A stretch of 35,340 bases of DNA from an uncultured bacterium (GTDB lineage: Bacteria > Bacteroidota > Bacteroidia > NS11-12g > UBA9320): the NCBI GenBank assembly GCA_965368435.1, contig CBDUMX010000002.1, forward strand, positions 1 to 35,340, given 5' to 3'. The position numbers and the translations under genes are program-made. Under the pieces are notes generated by a model, which ran no database searches, was not told the DNA's origin, and saw only the letters and a program-made list of their open reading frames with translations. Below are positions 1 through 8,602 of the stretch, in pieces (position 1 is the first letter of the stretch; each line of letters opens with the position of its first letter).

Positions 1-1292
1 CAGGTGATATTTTGATCATTTCTGCCCATCCACTCTTCCTTATTCTTCTTAGATTCTCCTTCTACTAATACTCTAAACACCTGACCCTCTCGCGCTTTAT
101 TCTTTCTCTTCGATGTGGCGTTTTGTATATCAATTACTTCGGCTAATCTCCTTTTCTTAACCACTTCCGGAATATCATCCTCAAACTTTCTTGCGGCTAA
201 AGTACCCGGACGCTCAGAATAAAAGTACATATAGCTAAAATCGAAATCCGACTTTCGCATTAAATCCAATGTATCTTCATGCTCTTCTTCTGTCTCTGAA
301 CAAAAGCCCGTGATAATATCTGAACTAATACCGCAATCCGGCATTAACTCTCGTATTCTGGCAACTTTGCCGTCATACCATTCCCTGTCGTAAGTCCTAT
401 TCATCTTTTCCAAGATTCTAGAATTTCCACTCTGAGCTGGTAAATGAATATACTTACAAATATTGTCGTGCTTCATCATGGTGAATAGCACTTCATCAGT
501 TATATCTTTTGGGTGCGAGGTTGAAAATCTTACCCTCAATTCTGGAGATACTTGAGCTACTTGATCCAATAGCTTAGCGAAATTTACGCTATTGTCTTGC
601 TCCTCTTGACTAAGTTTGGCAAAATCTTTTTTAGGACCGCCCCCATACCATAAATATGAATCGACATTCTGACCTAATAGGGTGACCTCTTTATATCCCT
701 TTTCAAATAAGTCTATTGCTTCGGCAACTATGGTCTGTGGATCTCTACTTCGCTCTCTACCCCTAGTAAATGGAACTACGCAAAAGCTGCACATATTATC
801 GCAACCTCTGGTAATCGATATAAAAGCTGTAACACCATTGGTATTCAATCTAGTAGGCTGAATCTCAGAATAAGTCTCTTCTAATGATAATGCAACATTT
901 ATGGATTTTCTTCCGTCTTCAACTTCTGTTAATAAAAGTGGAAGTTCTCTATATGCATCAGGACCTGCTACTATATCCACCAATTTTTCTTCTTCAAGCA
1001 ATTGTTTCTTGAGCCGCTCAGCCATACAGCCAAGTATTCCTATAGTCAGAGCTTTGTTTTGCTTCTTATTGTGTCGCAATGCTTTGAGTCGGTGACGAAT
1101 CTTTTGCTCTGCATTGTCTCGTATAGAACAGGTATTTATGAAAATAATATCAGCATCTTCTTCATTAGTCACCGTAGCTATTCCATTCTCAGCCATAATA
1201 GATGCAACCACTTCGCTATCCGCAAAATTCATGGCACAACCATAGCTCTCAATGTAAAGCTTCCTGCTTGCTGTTTCTGATATGACTTCCAT
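1..1292 (-). CDS. miaB: tRNA-i6A37 methylthiotransferase MiaB (radical SAM MTTase); 3' end cut by window edge
   Basis: Not in the ORF track because it runs off the window. Hand translation of the minus strand from ATG 1292 gives [29 protein letters not shown] (MTTase N-terminal domain). It also gives the radical-SAM box [23 protein letters not shown] and the start of a TRAM domain, [24 protein letters not shown]. The frame is open to position 1. Confidence 0.9.
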   Translation of the reverse strand, partial: MEVISETASRKLYIESYGCAMNFADSEVVASIMAENGIATVTNEEDADIIFINTCSIRDNAEQKIRHRLKALRHNKKQNKALTIGILGCMAERLKKQLLEEEKLVDIVAGPDAYRELPLLLTEVEDGRKSINVALSLEETYSEIQPTRLNTNGVTAFISITRGCDNMCSFCVVPFTRGRERSRDPQTIVAEAIDLFEKGYKEVTLLGQNVDSYLWYGGGPKKDFAKLSQEEQDNSVNFAKLLDQVAQVSPELRVRFSTSHPKDITDEVLFTMMKHDNICKYIHLPAQSGNSRILEKMNRTYDREWYDGKVARIRELMPDCGISSDIITGFCSETEEEHEDTLDLMRKSDFDFSYMYFYSERPGTLAARKFEDDIPEVVKKRRLAEVIDIQNATSKRKNKAREGQVFRVLVEGESKKNKEEWMGRNDQNIT

Positions 1293-1305
1293 TTCCAAAG
1301 CGCTG

Positions 1306-1313
1306 CAAAGGTA
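1306..1313 (-). promoter_or_regulatory. Bacteroidota-type -7 promoter box (TAnnTTTG) for miaB
   Basis: Minus strand reads TACCTTTG, a perfect consensus match, 13 nt upstream of the miaB ATG. Confidence 0.4.
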
Positions 1314-1402
1314 ATACCCAAAGGGAATAGAAAAAGCATGTAGTTTAATATTAAGCGCGCTGAATAAAAAAACATCAAATTACTTATACTTGTGATACAC
1401 TA

Positions 1403-2164
1403 ATGAAAAAGACCATATTACTAGTACTCATGCTCGGTAGCTTATCATACTTTTTAAGCTCGTGCAAGGACAAATCTACGGACTGCTGTGATAACCCAAA
1501 TACTGATAAGTCGTGCAAACTTGCTTCTCAGGAAGAAAATGGTGTTTTAATAAACTATCATTATTCTGCTGGCGTAATTATTATGGCTACTGGACAATTT
1601 GGTGATACCACCTATTTTGATTACAGTGGAGCTGGAGTTTTAAGTACTGCTACCAATAACCAAGGGGTTAAAGCGACCTTTGAATACAATGGAAGCGACA
1701 TACCTTCTAAAGTGAATATTATTGAGAATGGACAAAATGCCTACTACTTTGCTATCGCTTCATCAAATAATGTCATCACTCAGGTGCGCACTTACGCTCA
1801 TGGCACAACAACTAATCCTATGCAAGAAATTAATGTGAACTACAATGGGTCTCAAATGCAGAGTTTTGAGCTAAAAGTTGAAGATGGACAAGGTGGACTA
1901 ATTAACTTTATTGAAGCCGATAGTATAGAAACGGATGGTAAACTAAATCCGCTTCGCTCAGATTTTGCTATTACCTATATGAATTTTGAGAACCCTTTTG
2001 CTTTTGGAAATTCAAATATCATAGATGCTGATATTTTAGTCATTGGAACAGAAACTCCTATGTCGGCAAACTACACCTACAACGATCAAGATTACGTGAT
2101 TGAATCTGATATTAAAATTACAGGAGCCGACAGATTGACAAAATTCACCTATAACTGTGAGTAG
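1403..2164 (+). CDS. hypothetical lipoprotein, no recognisable family
   Basis: 253-aa ORF. MKKTILLVLMLGSLSYFLSSC is a signal peptide plus lipobox Cys. It is followed by the Cys-rich acidic stretch CKDKSTDCCDNPNTDKSC, then Asn/Gly/Tyr-rich beta-type sequence. 2-nt gap to the next gene. Confidence 0.75.
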   Translation: MKKTILLVLMLGSLSYFLSSCKDKSTDCCDNPNTDKSCKLASQEENGVLINYHYSAGVIIMATGQFGDTTYFDYSGAGVLSTATNNQGVKATFEYNGSDIPSKVNIIENGQNAYYFAIASSNNVITQVRTYAHGTTTNPMQEINVNYNGSQMQSFELKVEDGQGGLINFIEADSIETDGKLNPLRSDFAITYMNFENPFAFGNSNIIDADILVIGTETPMSANYTYNDQDYVIESDIKITGADRLTKFTYNCE

Positions 2165-2166
2165 TT

Positions 2167-3090
2167 ATGAAGTTTAAATTGGATTTTGAGCTTGAGCCTC
2201 AGCGTCTCATTAGTGATTTCTCATCTATTTGTATGTTCGGTTCTTGTTTCGCTGAATATCAGGCTGAAAACTTTAAAAAATCTGGATTTCCTGTTTACCA
2301 CAATCCTTTCGGCATTGCTTATAACCCAATCAGCATAGCACAGCAAATTGAACGAATTGCCACCCAAACTCCATATACTGAATCCGATTTCACAGAACAT
2401 AATTCGTCTTTTTTCACTCTTGAACATCACGGCTCATTTAAGTATAAATCCCTAGCAGAAGCGCTTAATACTTCAAATAGCATTCTGAAAAATGCGAGGA
2501 ATAAATTAGCTTCTGCAGAAACCATAATTTTAACTTTTGGTACCTCTATTGTCTTTGAATTGAAATCAGATGAAAGCATAGCTGCAAATTGTCACAGTCT
2601 TGAGAATAAACTATTCAATACCAGACAGTTAAGTCTGGATGAATGCATAGAGAGTTTTCAGCAAATACATCAAAGTCTTTCGAAATTAAACCCCAGAGCT
2701 ACCTTCATTGCCAGTATTAGTCCAGTGCGACATATTAGAAGCGGCTTAATAGAAAATAACATCAGTAAGTCTTGTTTGCGTTTGGCCTTGAGTCAGACAT
2801 CCCAATTCCATTATTTTCCTGCATATGAAATATTCATAGACGAATTGAGAGATTACAGATTCAGCAAAGAAGATTTGGTACACCCTAATCAGCAAGCTCA
2901 GGAATACATTTGGGAGAAATTTAAAGATTGCTATTTTGAAGAAAGCTTAAAGCAAAAGGTGCTAGAGATAGAAAAGTTTAGAAAATTTGAAAATCACAAG
3001 CCCTTAAATGAGAACAGTAATCACGACGAACAACTGAGCATCCGCAGGCAAAAATTGCAGCAAGCTTATCCTAATGCCGAGTTAAATTGA
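2167..3090 (+). CDS. GSCFA-family protein (function unknown)
   Basis: 307-aa ORF carrying the family-naming motif near the N-terminus (ICMFGSCFAEY). It starts 2 nt after the lipoprotein stop, so it is probably co-transcribed. Confidence 0.8.
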   Translation: MKFKLDFELEPQRLISDFSSICMFGSCFAEYQAENFKKSGFPVYHNPFGIAYNPISIAQQIERIATQTPYTESDFTEHNSSFFTLEHHGSFKYKSLAEALNTSNSILKNARNKLASAETIILTFGTSIVFELKSDESIAANCHSLENKLFNTRQLSLDECIESFQQIHQSLSKLNPRATFIASISPVRHIRSGLIENNISKSCLRLALSQTSQFHYFPAYEIFIDELRDYRFSKEDLVHPNQQAQEYIWEKFKDCYFEESLKQKVLEIEKFRKFENHKPLNENSNHDEQLSIRRQKLQQAYPNAELN

Positions 3091-3138
3091 TGCTTAAATG
3101 TGACATTAGCTCACTTTAAAAGCTGCAACATATTCCAC

Positions 3139-3146
3139 TATATTTG
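3139..3146 (+). promoter_or_regulatory. Bacteroidota-type -7 promoter box (TAnnTTTG)
   Basis: TATATTTG is a perfect match. The first in-frame ATG (3153) lies 6 nt downstream. The box overlaps the TTG that the ORF track used as the start (3144). Confidence 0.45.
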
Positions 3147-3152
3147 TGTCTT

Positions 3153-5768
3153 ATGCATATGAGATCTTTAGCCTTAAGCGCCCTTTTGTTAATTAGCATC
3201 ACAGTTTTCTCGCAATACAACAATCCCTATCGTTTAACCTATGATGGTAGCAGCTATTTTGTGAGCAATAAAACCGGTGGTTACATCACCAAAATTGATA
3301 GTGCCTTCAATACTTCAACAGTAATATCTGGACTATATTCTCCCAATGACATATTCTCCGGAACCGTTGCTGGAAATAGCGCTATCATTATTATAGATAG
3401 TAATCAACTCAAGCTATATGATCAATCTACCTATTCGTCTTTTATAAATTTGACAATTACCGGCGCTGTTGAAGCTCATGATGGTGTATTCAATCCCAAT
3501 AATTCAAATGAATTTTTTATTAGCGATAGAGCGGGAAATAAGATTATTAAGGGAAGTATAGGAGCACCACCTTTTTATCCGGTTACCTACACCGTACTAG
3601 TATCGGGCATTTCTAAACCTGCAGGTATGATTTTCGATGCTCAAAACAGACTATTAGTGCTAACCGAAACTATAGACTCTGAAGTGCATTGGATAAACAT
3701 AAGCAATGGATATGACTCATTGCTAACTTCCACTAATCTCGACAATCTCAACGACATCAGCCAAGACAATGAAGGGAATTTTTATGTCACTTGTTGGGGA
3801 GATAATTACCTATACAGATTAGACAGTACACTCAATAACCCATACCGCCTAATAGCTTTTAATAATCCATCTGGAATGTTTGTAAACACTACCTATGACT
3901 ATCTAGCTATGTGCTGCTATAACTGCAATAAAGTGGAATTTAAAAACTTCCATCTCTTTTCACCTCTCGACGATGTAACTACCTGTATCAATGATTCATT
4001 TTTTACAAGCTTCAATCCTATTTATCAAGGTATTGGCACATATAACTCTGACAATCAATTCGTTTTAGAAGTATCCGACAGCAATGGTAACTTTAGCGCA
4101 CCAACCATAGTTGGAATAATTACCTCAGATACCATACCTCCATATTTTACTACCGTACTTCCGGAAGGAACCTATGCAAGCAGTGGTCATAAATACAGGT
4201 TTAGAAGCACTTCACCCTCGATCTTAAGTTACTTCACTAAAGACTTAAATCTCAAACAACTACCCGATGCCTTTATTAATGAAAGCGACACTTTAGATAT
4301 ATGCACTGGAAGCAGTATTTTACTTGGTCAGACTGCGGAAATTGACCACATTTACACTTGGTCGCCAGCAAGTTTGGTCAACGACCCCACAAGTTCTCAA
4401 GTGACTTTTGATACAGCTAAAATAGCCAGTTACAATTTAAGTTTATACGAAATTGATACAGTAAGTGGCTGTTCAAATACATCCGAAATTCAGATAAATG
4501 TTGGCCCCAACCTAAGCATTTCTCAATTGGCAGATAGTTTGGAAATTTGTCCAGGAGACTCCATAAAGGTTGGTGTTGATGGTTTGCCATACTTTTTTAG
4601 CTGGAGTGGTTCAGATTCACTCGACAATCCAGGGACTGGAAACCCAAACTTTTTCGACATTGATTCGCGATTGCTGAAAGTAGTTTTTAGCGATTTTACC
4701 TTGACTTGCAGCGGCAGCGACAGTGTGTATGTAACAGTTAACACGCCTGCATCTCTGCCCTATAGCGGATCAATAGCCGATAGCAGCTGTGATGGGAACA
4801 CTTTAGTCTTGGATTTAAGCCTTGACACCAATTATACATATCAATGGAGCTCTACAAGTGCAAGTCAAGTCAACAGCAATGAATACCAGCCTGAGTTTCA
4901 ATTTTCCTCTACTGGTTTACACAGCATAATTGCTGAATATCAAAATAAGATCACAAACTGTGAAGCCAAGGATAGTATACTGCTTAAAGTAAATGAAAAT
5001 CCACAAGTATTTGGACAAACAGAATATACAGAAGTGGTTTGCAGATCGAACGCTAGAAGTTTGCAGTTTGAATTAGACACGAATAACACTTACAATTGGC
5101 AGAGCAGCCATGGTATGGTATCTAATAGTACTTCCTATAAGCCTGAGTTCACTGTGAACCTACCTGTGGCATTCGACACCCTTGAAGTAACAGCAATCAG
5201 TAAGAACAATCAATGTACAAGCACTGAAAATATGTATTTAGAGGTGCTAGATTTTCCTTCTGACCTCTCCCTAGTCAATGTTAGTGACTATATAAGAATA
5301 GATGACAATACATTAATGCAGGAACTTAATGCTACTGGGGCCAGACTTGTGGTAGATTGGTATGTCAATGGAAATCTCAAAACGGTTATTGCTGATTCTA
5401 TTGGCTTCTTCCCCAGAGATTCATTCAGTCACGGTGATTCTGTAATGGCAGAATTGAGATGGATTATAGACAATGATACGCTATGTACCTTTAACTCAAA
5501 CCATTATCTAAAGACCAATTTAGGTGGTATTGACGATTTGAAATTTGGCATAGCGGTGTATCCAAATCCTTCAAACTCCGGACAATCTTTCATTGAAATT
5601 CACGCAAATGGCAATATCGAACAGTTAGTAATGTTTGCAATAGATGGTCGAGAAATGACTACGGCATTTAAGGCTAATAAGCTTTATTATAATTGTACTC
5701 CAGGGAGTTATATACTAAAGATCAAAATAAATAACAATTGGTACTTCAGAAAAATCATTTTGAACTAA
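3153..5768 (+). CDS. secreted multidomain T9SS cargo protein (beta-propeller-like N-terminus, four Cys-anchored repeats, type A C-terminal sorting domain)
   Basis: Signal peptide M(H)MRSLALSALLLISITVFSQ. The N-terminal ~250 aa have NHL/SMP30-like blade patterns (SKPAGMIFDAQNRLLVL, ISQDNEGNFYVT). The C-terminus, IAVYPNPSNSGQSFIEI...YILKIKINNNWYFRKIILN, matches the Por/T9SS type A sorting-domain pattern. The start could be ATG 3153 or 3159; I consider the track's TTG 3144 unlikely. Confidence 0.85.
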   Translation: MHMRSLALSALLLISITVFSQYNNPYRLTYDGSSYFVSNKTGGYITKIDSAFNTSTVISGLYSPNDIFSGTVAGNSAIIIIDSNQLKLYDQSTYSSFINLTITGAVEAHDGVFNPNNSNEFFISDRAGNKIIKGSIGAPPFYPVTYTVLVSGISKPAGMIFDAQNRLLVLTETIDSEVHWINISNGYDSLLTSTNLDNLNDISQDNEGNFYVTCWGDNYLYRLDSTLNNPYRLIAFNNPSGMFVNTTYDYLAMCCYNCNKVEFKNFHLFSPLDDVTTCINDSFFTSFNPIYQGIGTYNSDNQFVLEVSDSNGNFSAPTIVGIITSDTIPPYFTTVLPEGTYASSGHKYRFRSTSPSILSYFTKDLNLKQLPDAFINESDTLDICTGSSILLGQTAEIDHIYTWSPASLVNDPTSSQVTFDTAKIASYNLSLYEIDTVSGCSNTSEIQINVGPNLSISQLADSLEICPGDSIKVGVDGLPYFFSWSGSDSLDNPGTGNPNFFDIDSRLLKVVFSDFTLTCSGSDSVYVTVNTPASLPYSGSIADSSCDGNTLVLDLSLDTNYTYQWSSTSASQVNSNEYQPEFQFSSTGLHSIIAEYQNKITNCEAKDSILLKVNENPQVFGQTEYTEVVCRSNARSLQFELDTNNTYNWQSSHGMVSNSTSYKPEFTVNLPVAFDTLEVTAISKNNQCTSTENMYLEVLDFPSDLSLVNVSDYIRIDDNTLMQELNATGARLVVDWYVNGNLKTVIADSIGFFPRDSFSHGDSVMAELRWIIDNDTLCTFNSNHYLKTNLGGIDDLKFGIAVYPNPSNSGQSFIEIHANGNIEQLVMFAIDGREMTTAFKANKLYYNCTPGSYILKIKINNNWYFRKIILN
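4290..5257 (+). repeat. four tandem ~80-aa protein repeats inside the cargo gene (period ~240-250 nt)
   Basis: Repeat units begin near 4290, 4539, 4779 and 5031. Their openings are LDICTGSSILLG..YTWSP, LEICPGDSIKVG..FSWSG, SSCDGNTLVLD..YQWSS and VVCRSNARSLQF..YNWQS. Each has a second Cys about 55 aa later (SGCSNTSEIQINV, LTCSGSDSVYVTV, TNCEAKDSILLKV, NQCTSTENMYLEV). Confidence 0.7.
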
Positions 5769-6644
5769 TTACAACCAAGCTATACCGAGTATATACACTG
5801 CTATAATGAGCTGAAGCATTCTCTTGGCCCACTTTTTTCTTCCTACAACATCCTTGGCAACTATGCCTACTGTAATCAGCTTTAAGAGTGAAATAAGGAT
5901 TAAGAGTCCGATAATTTCAACTTTGCCCATCATATAAATTAAAAAGATATCGGAAATTATACTCACTAAAATTAGGACTTGAAAAAGTCGAATACTCGGA
6001 ACTATACCAATGGTAGTCGCAATGCTTTTATAGCCAAAAACAATATCGCCTTTCATTGACTTTATGGCTTTATGCACCTCCCTAGAAAACAGCACCATAA
6101 ATAAACTGTAACCGTAAACCAAAGCCAAAAAGCTGATAGTGTGATAATACAATATCAAGCTAAAGAATGCGGTCACCGCTAATAGAGAAGCAGCAAACTC
6201 CCCTACAAATACTTGTTTACTCAACTTGTGAGAATAAAACCATAGTGCAAATCCGAACACCACAAAAAACAGTCCGATACGCCAAGATGCAAAGAATGCC
6301 ACTAGCGTTCCTAAAGTATTCAATAGTACATATAGCCTCAAAGTAAATGCCTTACTTACTAAATGTTGGAAGCGCGCTTTCTTTGGTCGATTTACCAAAT
6401 CTCTCTCAGCATCATAAAAATTATTGAGGATATTGCCTGCAGCCAGAAATAAGGCCGTTGCTACTATAATCAAGTGTACTTTATACTCAGCCAGCGAATG
6501 AGCAATATTTCCTTTATTATTAAAGGCAAAAAGAAATGCAATGTATTGGGCTAAAGCGGTCAGTACAACCGTTTTCCATTTGATAATAGTAAGTAATGCA
6601 GCGAATTTTAAGTAAAAAGTGGTATTCTGATTTGATGAGTTCAC
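5769..6644 (-). CDS. UbiA-superfamily membrane prenyltransferase, DGGGP-synthase-like subgroup
   Basis: 291-aa ORF, hydrophobic throughout (about 8-9 TM segments). The first Asp-rich motif is NNFYDAERDLVNRPKK (nt 6425-6378), of the NxxxDxxxD + NRP type. GTG start at 6644, 1 nt after the stop of the mevalonate kinase gene. It is the last gene of the operon. Confidence 0.8.
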   Translation of the reverse strand: MNSSNQNTTFYLKFAALLTIIKWKTVVLTALAQYIAFLFAFNNKGNIAHSLAEYKVHLIIVATALFLAAGNILNNFYDAERDLVNRPKKARFQHLVSKAFTLRLYVLLNTLGTLVAFFASWRIGLFFVVFGFALWFYSHKLSKQVFVGEFAASLLAVTAFFSLILYYHTISFLALVYGYSLFMVLFSREVHKAIKSMKGDIVFGYKSIATTIGIVPSIRLFQVLILVSIISDIFLIYMMGKVEIIGLLILISLLKLITVGIVAKDVVGRKKWAKRMLQLIIAVYILGIAWL

Positions 6645-6645
6645 A

Positions 6646-7569
6646 TTATATTTTGTAAACCAACTCTAAATCATAGCCTTTCAAAGACTGTTGCGCTTTT
6701 TTAAGGTCTTGAGTAAAGCCGAGTATGTATCCGCCACCGCCAGATCCACAGAGCTTGAGATAGTAATCTCCACTGTCAATGCCATTTTTCCAAATCTCTT
6801 TATAGGCATCTGGAATCATTGGACTAAAATTCTGAAGTAAGAGAGATGATAAATGCTTCATATTGCTGAATAAAGGTTTAAAATCACCTTTCAAGAAAGA
6901 GCTGATACACGCATCATTATACTTCTTAAATTCAGTTTTTAGCATATTTCTGAAACCAGATTCTTTCATTTTCTCCATGAACAACTGAACCATGGGTTGA
7001 GTTTCACCCGGTTTCTGAGTATCGAGTAAGAAAATAGCCCCTTTGCCTTCTGTCTGTTCCGATGGTAGACCTATGGTATCTAAATCGGTGCTAGATTTAA
7101 TTAAAACTGGAAGGTTTAAATAGCAAATCAATGGATCAAGTCCTGAACTTTTACCATGGAAATGCGACTCCATTTGGGCAAATATTCTTTTGAGATCAAT
7201 TAATTGATCCTTGCTTATGCTCTCGGCGTTTATAGGATTTAGGGCATATCTATCATAGACAGCAGCAACAAGCGCTCCTGAACTCCCTACGCCAAAACCC
7301 TGAGGTATTGAAGAATCAAAAGATAATCCATTTGAAATATCATTATGGAATTGCTTTAAATCGATTTCAAACAATAGCTCGTCTGAAGCTTGAAGCTCGT
7401 TCAAATAAAATTCAAACTCAGATAAAGAATTTGTTGAGCTCACATTGTCCTCAAACTTCAATTTGCCTTTATAGAAATTATATGGAATAGATAATCCCAT
7501 GGCGTCCTGAATAATGCCATATTCTCCAAAAAGCAAAATTTTGCTGTAGAACAGTGATTCCTTTATCAT
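6646..7569 (-). CDS. mvk: mevalonate kinase (GHMP family)
   Basis: 307 aa. N-terminal KILLFGEYGI. GHMP ATP loop IPQGFGVGSSGALVAAVY. Candidate catalytic Asp in FLLDTQKPGETQPMV. C-terminal Gly-rich KLCGSGGGGY. It sits between the decarboxylase and the prenyltransferase. Confidence 0.8.
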   Translation of the reverse strand: MIKESLFYSKILLFGEYGIIQDAMGLSIPYNFYKGKLKFEDNVSSTNSLSEFEFYLNELQASDELLFEIDLKQFHNDISNGLSFDSSIPQGFGVGSSGALVAAVYDRYALNPINAESISKDQLIDLKRIFAQMESHFHGKSSGLDPLICYLNLPVLIKSSTDLDTIGLPSEQTEGKGAIFLLDTQKPGETQPMVQLFMEKMKESGFRNMLKTEFKKYNDACISSFLKGDFKPLFSNMKHLSSLLLQNFSPMIPDAYKEIWKNGIDSGDYYLKLCGSGGGGYILGFTQDLKKAQQSLKGYDLELVYKI

Positions 7570-7570
7570 A

Positions 7571-8602
7571 TCAATTTATCTCCCTCGGGCCAAAACCAAT
7601 CTGGTCGCAAATATACGCTCCATCTTGGCAATATTGACTCAATTCATTATCAACAAAGCTAATAGCCTTTTGTTCATCTCGTTTGGGATACAAGAAGTGA
7701 ACATTGGCTCCAGCATCCAAAGTGAACATCCAATCTAAATTTTCACTCTTTCTTTTTGCCCAAATTGCTTCAATTATTGCCAATGTATTTGGCTTCATAA
7801 GAATGAAATATGGATTTGAACTCATCATTAAGGCGTGCAACATAAGTGCCTCTGATTCAACTAATTGTATAAATGACGACATCTCCCCTGCTTTTAATGC
7901 ATGCAGTATTTTAATCATATTTTCCTCTGCGGATTTAAAACGAGCTTTAGCAAATGGATGAGCTTTAATCAAATCATGACCTATGCTGCTACTTACCTCT
8001 TTCTGACCCTTATGTACCAGTAAAATGGTATCACAGAAGTTTTCAAACTTTGGATGTATGTGAGCATATGGTATTGCAAATTCATCATTACTTTCTGCTA
8101 TTTCACTGTGTTCGCCCCAAATCGCCAGAGGACCAAATACCGAACGTGAAGCGCTACCGCTTCCCAATCGCGCTAATCTTGAGGCTGTTCTCATAAAATC
8201 AGCCTCCTTTAATTGGCCTTTTTCCACGGCGATTGAACAGATGCATAATGCTAGTGCACTCATACCACTAGCGCTGCTAGCAATGCCACTGCTGTGCGGG
8301 AAACTATTACTGGTTTCAATGCTATAAGAACCATCTAATACAAAAGGAAACACTGCTGATATCCTTTTGAGAAATGATTCAACCTTCGGTATGAATTCCA
8401 ATGCCGGATTGCCATCTAGTAGAATCTCTATTCCAAAATCCTTTCCTTCTCTAAAGGTTAAGCTGGTTTTGCTCACACATTTGGAAAGTGTAAAACTAAT
8501 GGATGCATTAGATGGCAGCTGCACTCCATCAGGCTTTTTCCCCCAGTATTTTACCAGTGCTATATTGCTCGGACTCTCCCAACTCGCTTTGTATTCTTTC
8601 AT
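7571..8602 (-). CDS. mvaD: diphosphomevalonate decarboxylase
   Basis: 343 aa with the classical motifs SNIALVKYWGKK, SSGIASSASG, RLGSGSASRS and FTLDAGANVH. Confidence 0.9.
   Translation of the reverse strand: MKEYKASWESPSNIALVKYWGKKPDGVQLPSNASISFTLSKCVSKTSLTFREGKDFGIEILLDGNPALEFIPKVESFLKRISAVFPFVLDGSYSIETSNSFPHSSGIASSASGMSALALCICSIAVEKGQLKEADFMRTASRLARLGSGSASRSVFGPLAIWGEHSEIAESNDEFAIPYAHIHPKFENFCDTILLVHKGQKEVSSSIGHDLIKAHPFAKARFKSAEENMIKILHALKAGEMSSFIQLVESEALMLHALMMSSNPYFILMKPNTLAIIEAIWAKRKSENLDWMFTLDAGANVHFLYPKRDEQKAISFVDNELSQYCQDGAYICDQIGFGPREIN

Noticed and set aside
901-1280. Two plus-strand track ORFs (901-1095 and 1002-1280)
   Set aside because: They lie antisense inside the clearly recognisable miaB reading frame and have low-complexity Ser/Leu-rich translations. 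They are shadow ORFs.
1385-1392. TATACTTG upstream of the lipoprotein gene, and TTACTTTG (30619-30626) upstream of the lipid-kinase gene, as -7 boxes
   Set aside because: Each has one mismatch to TAnnTTTG. They are plausible promoters but not supported well enough to list as features.
3144-3152. TTG start proposed by the track for the first T9SS cargo gene
   Set aside because: The TTG is part of the TATATTTG -7 box itself. In-frame ATGs at 3153 and 3159 give a normal signal peptide.
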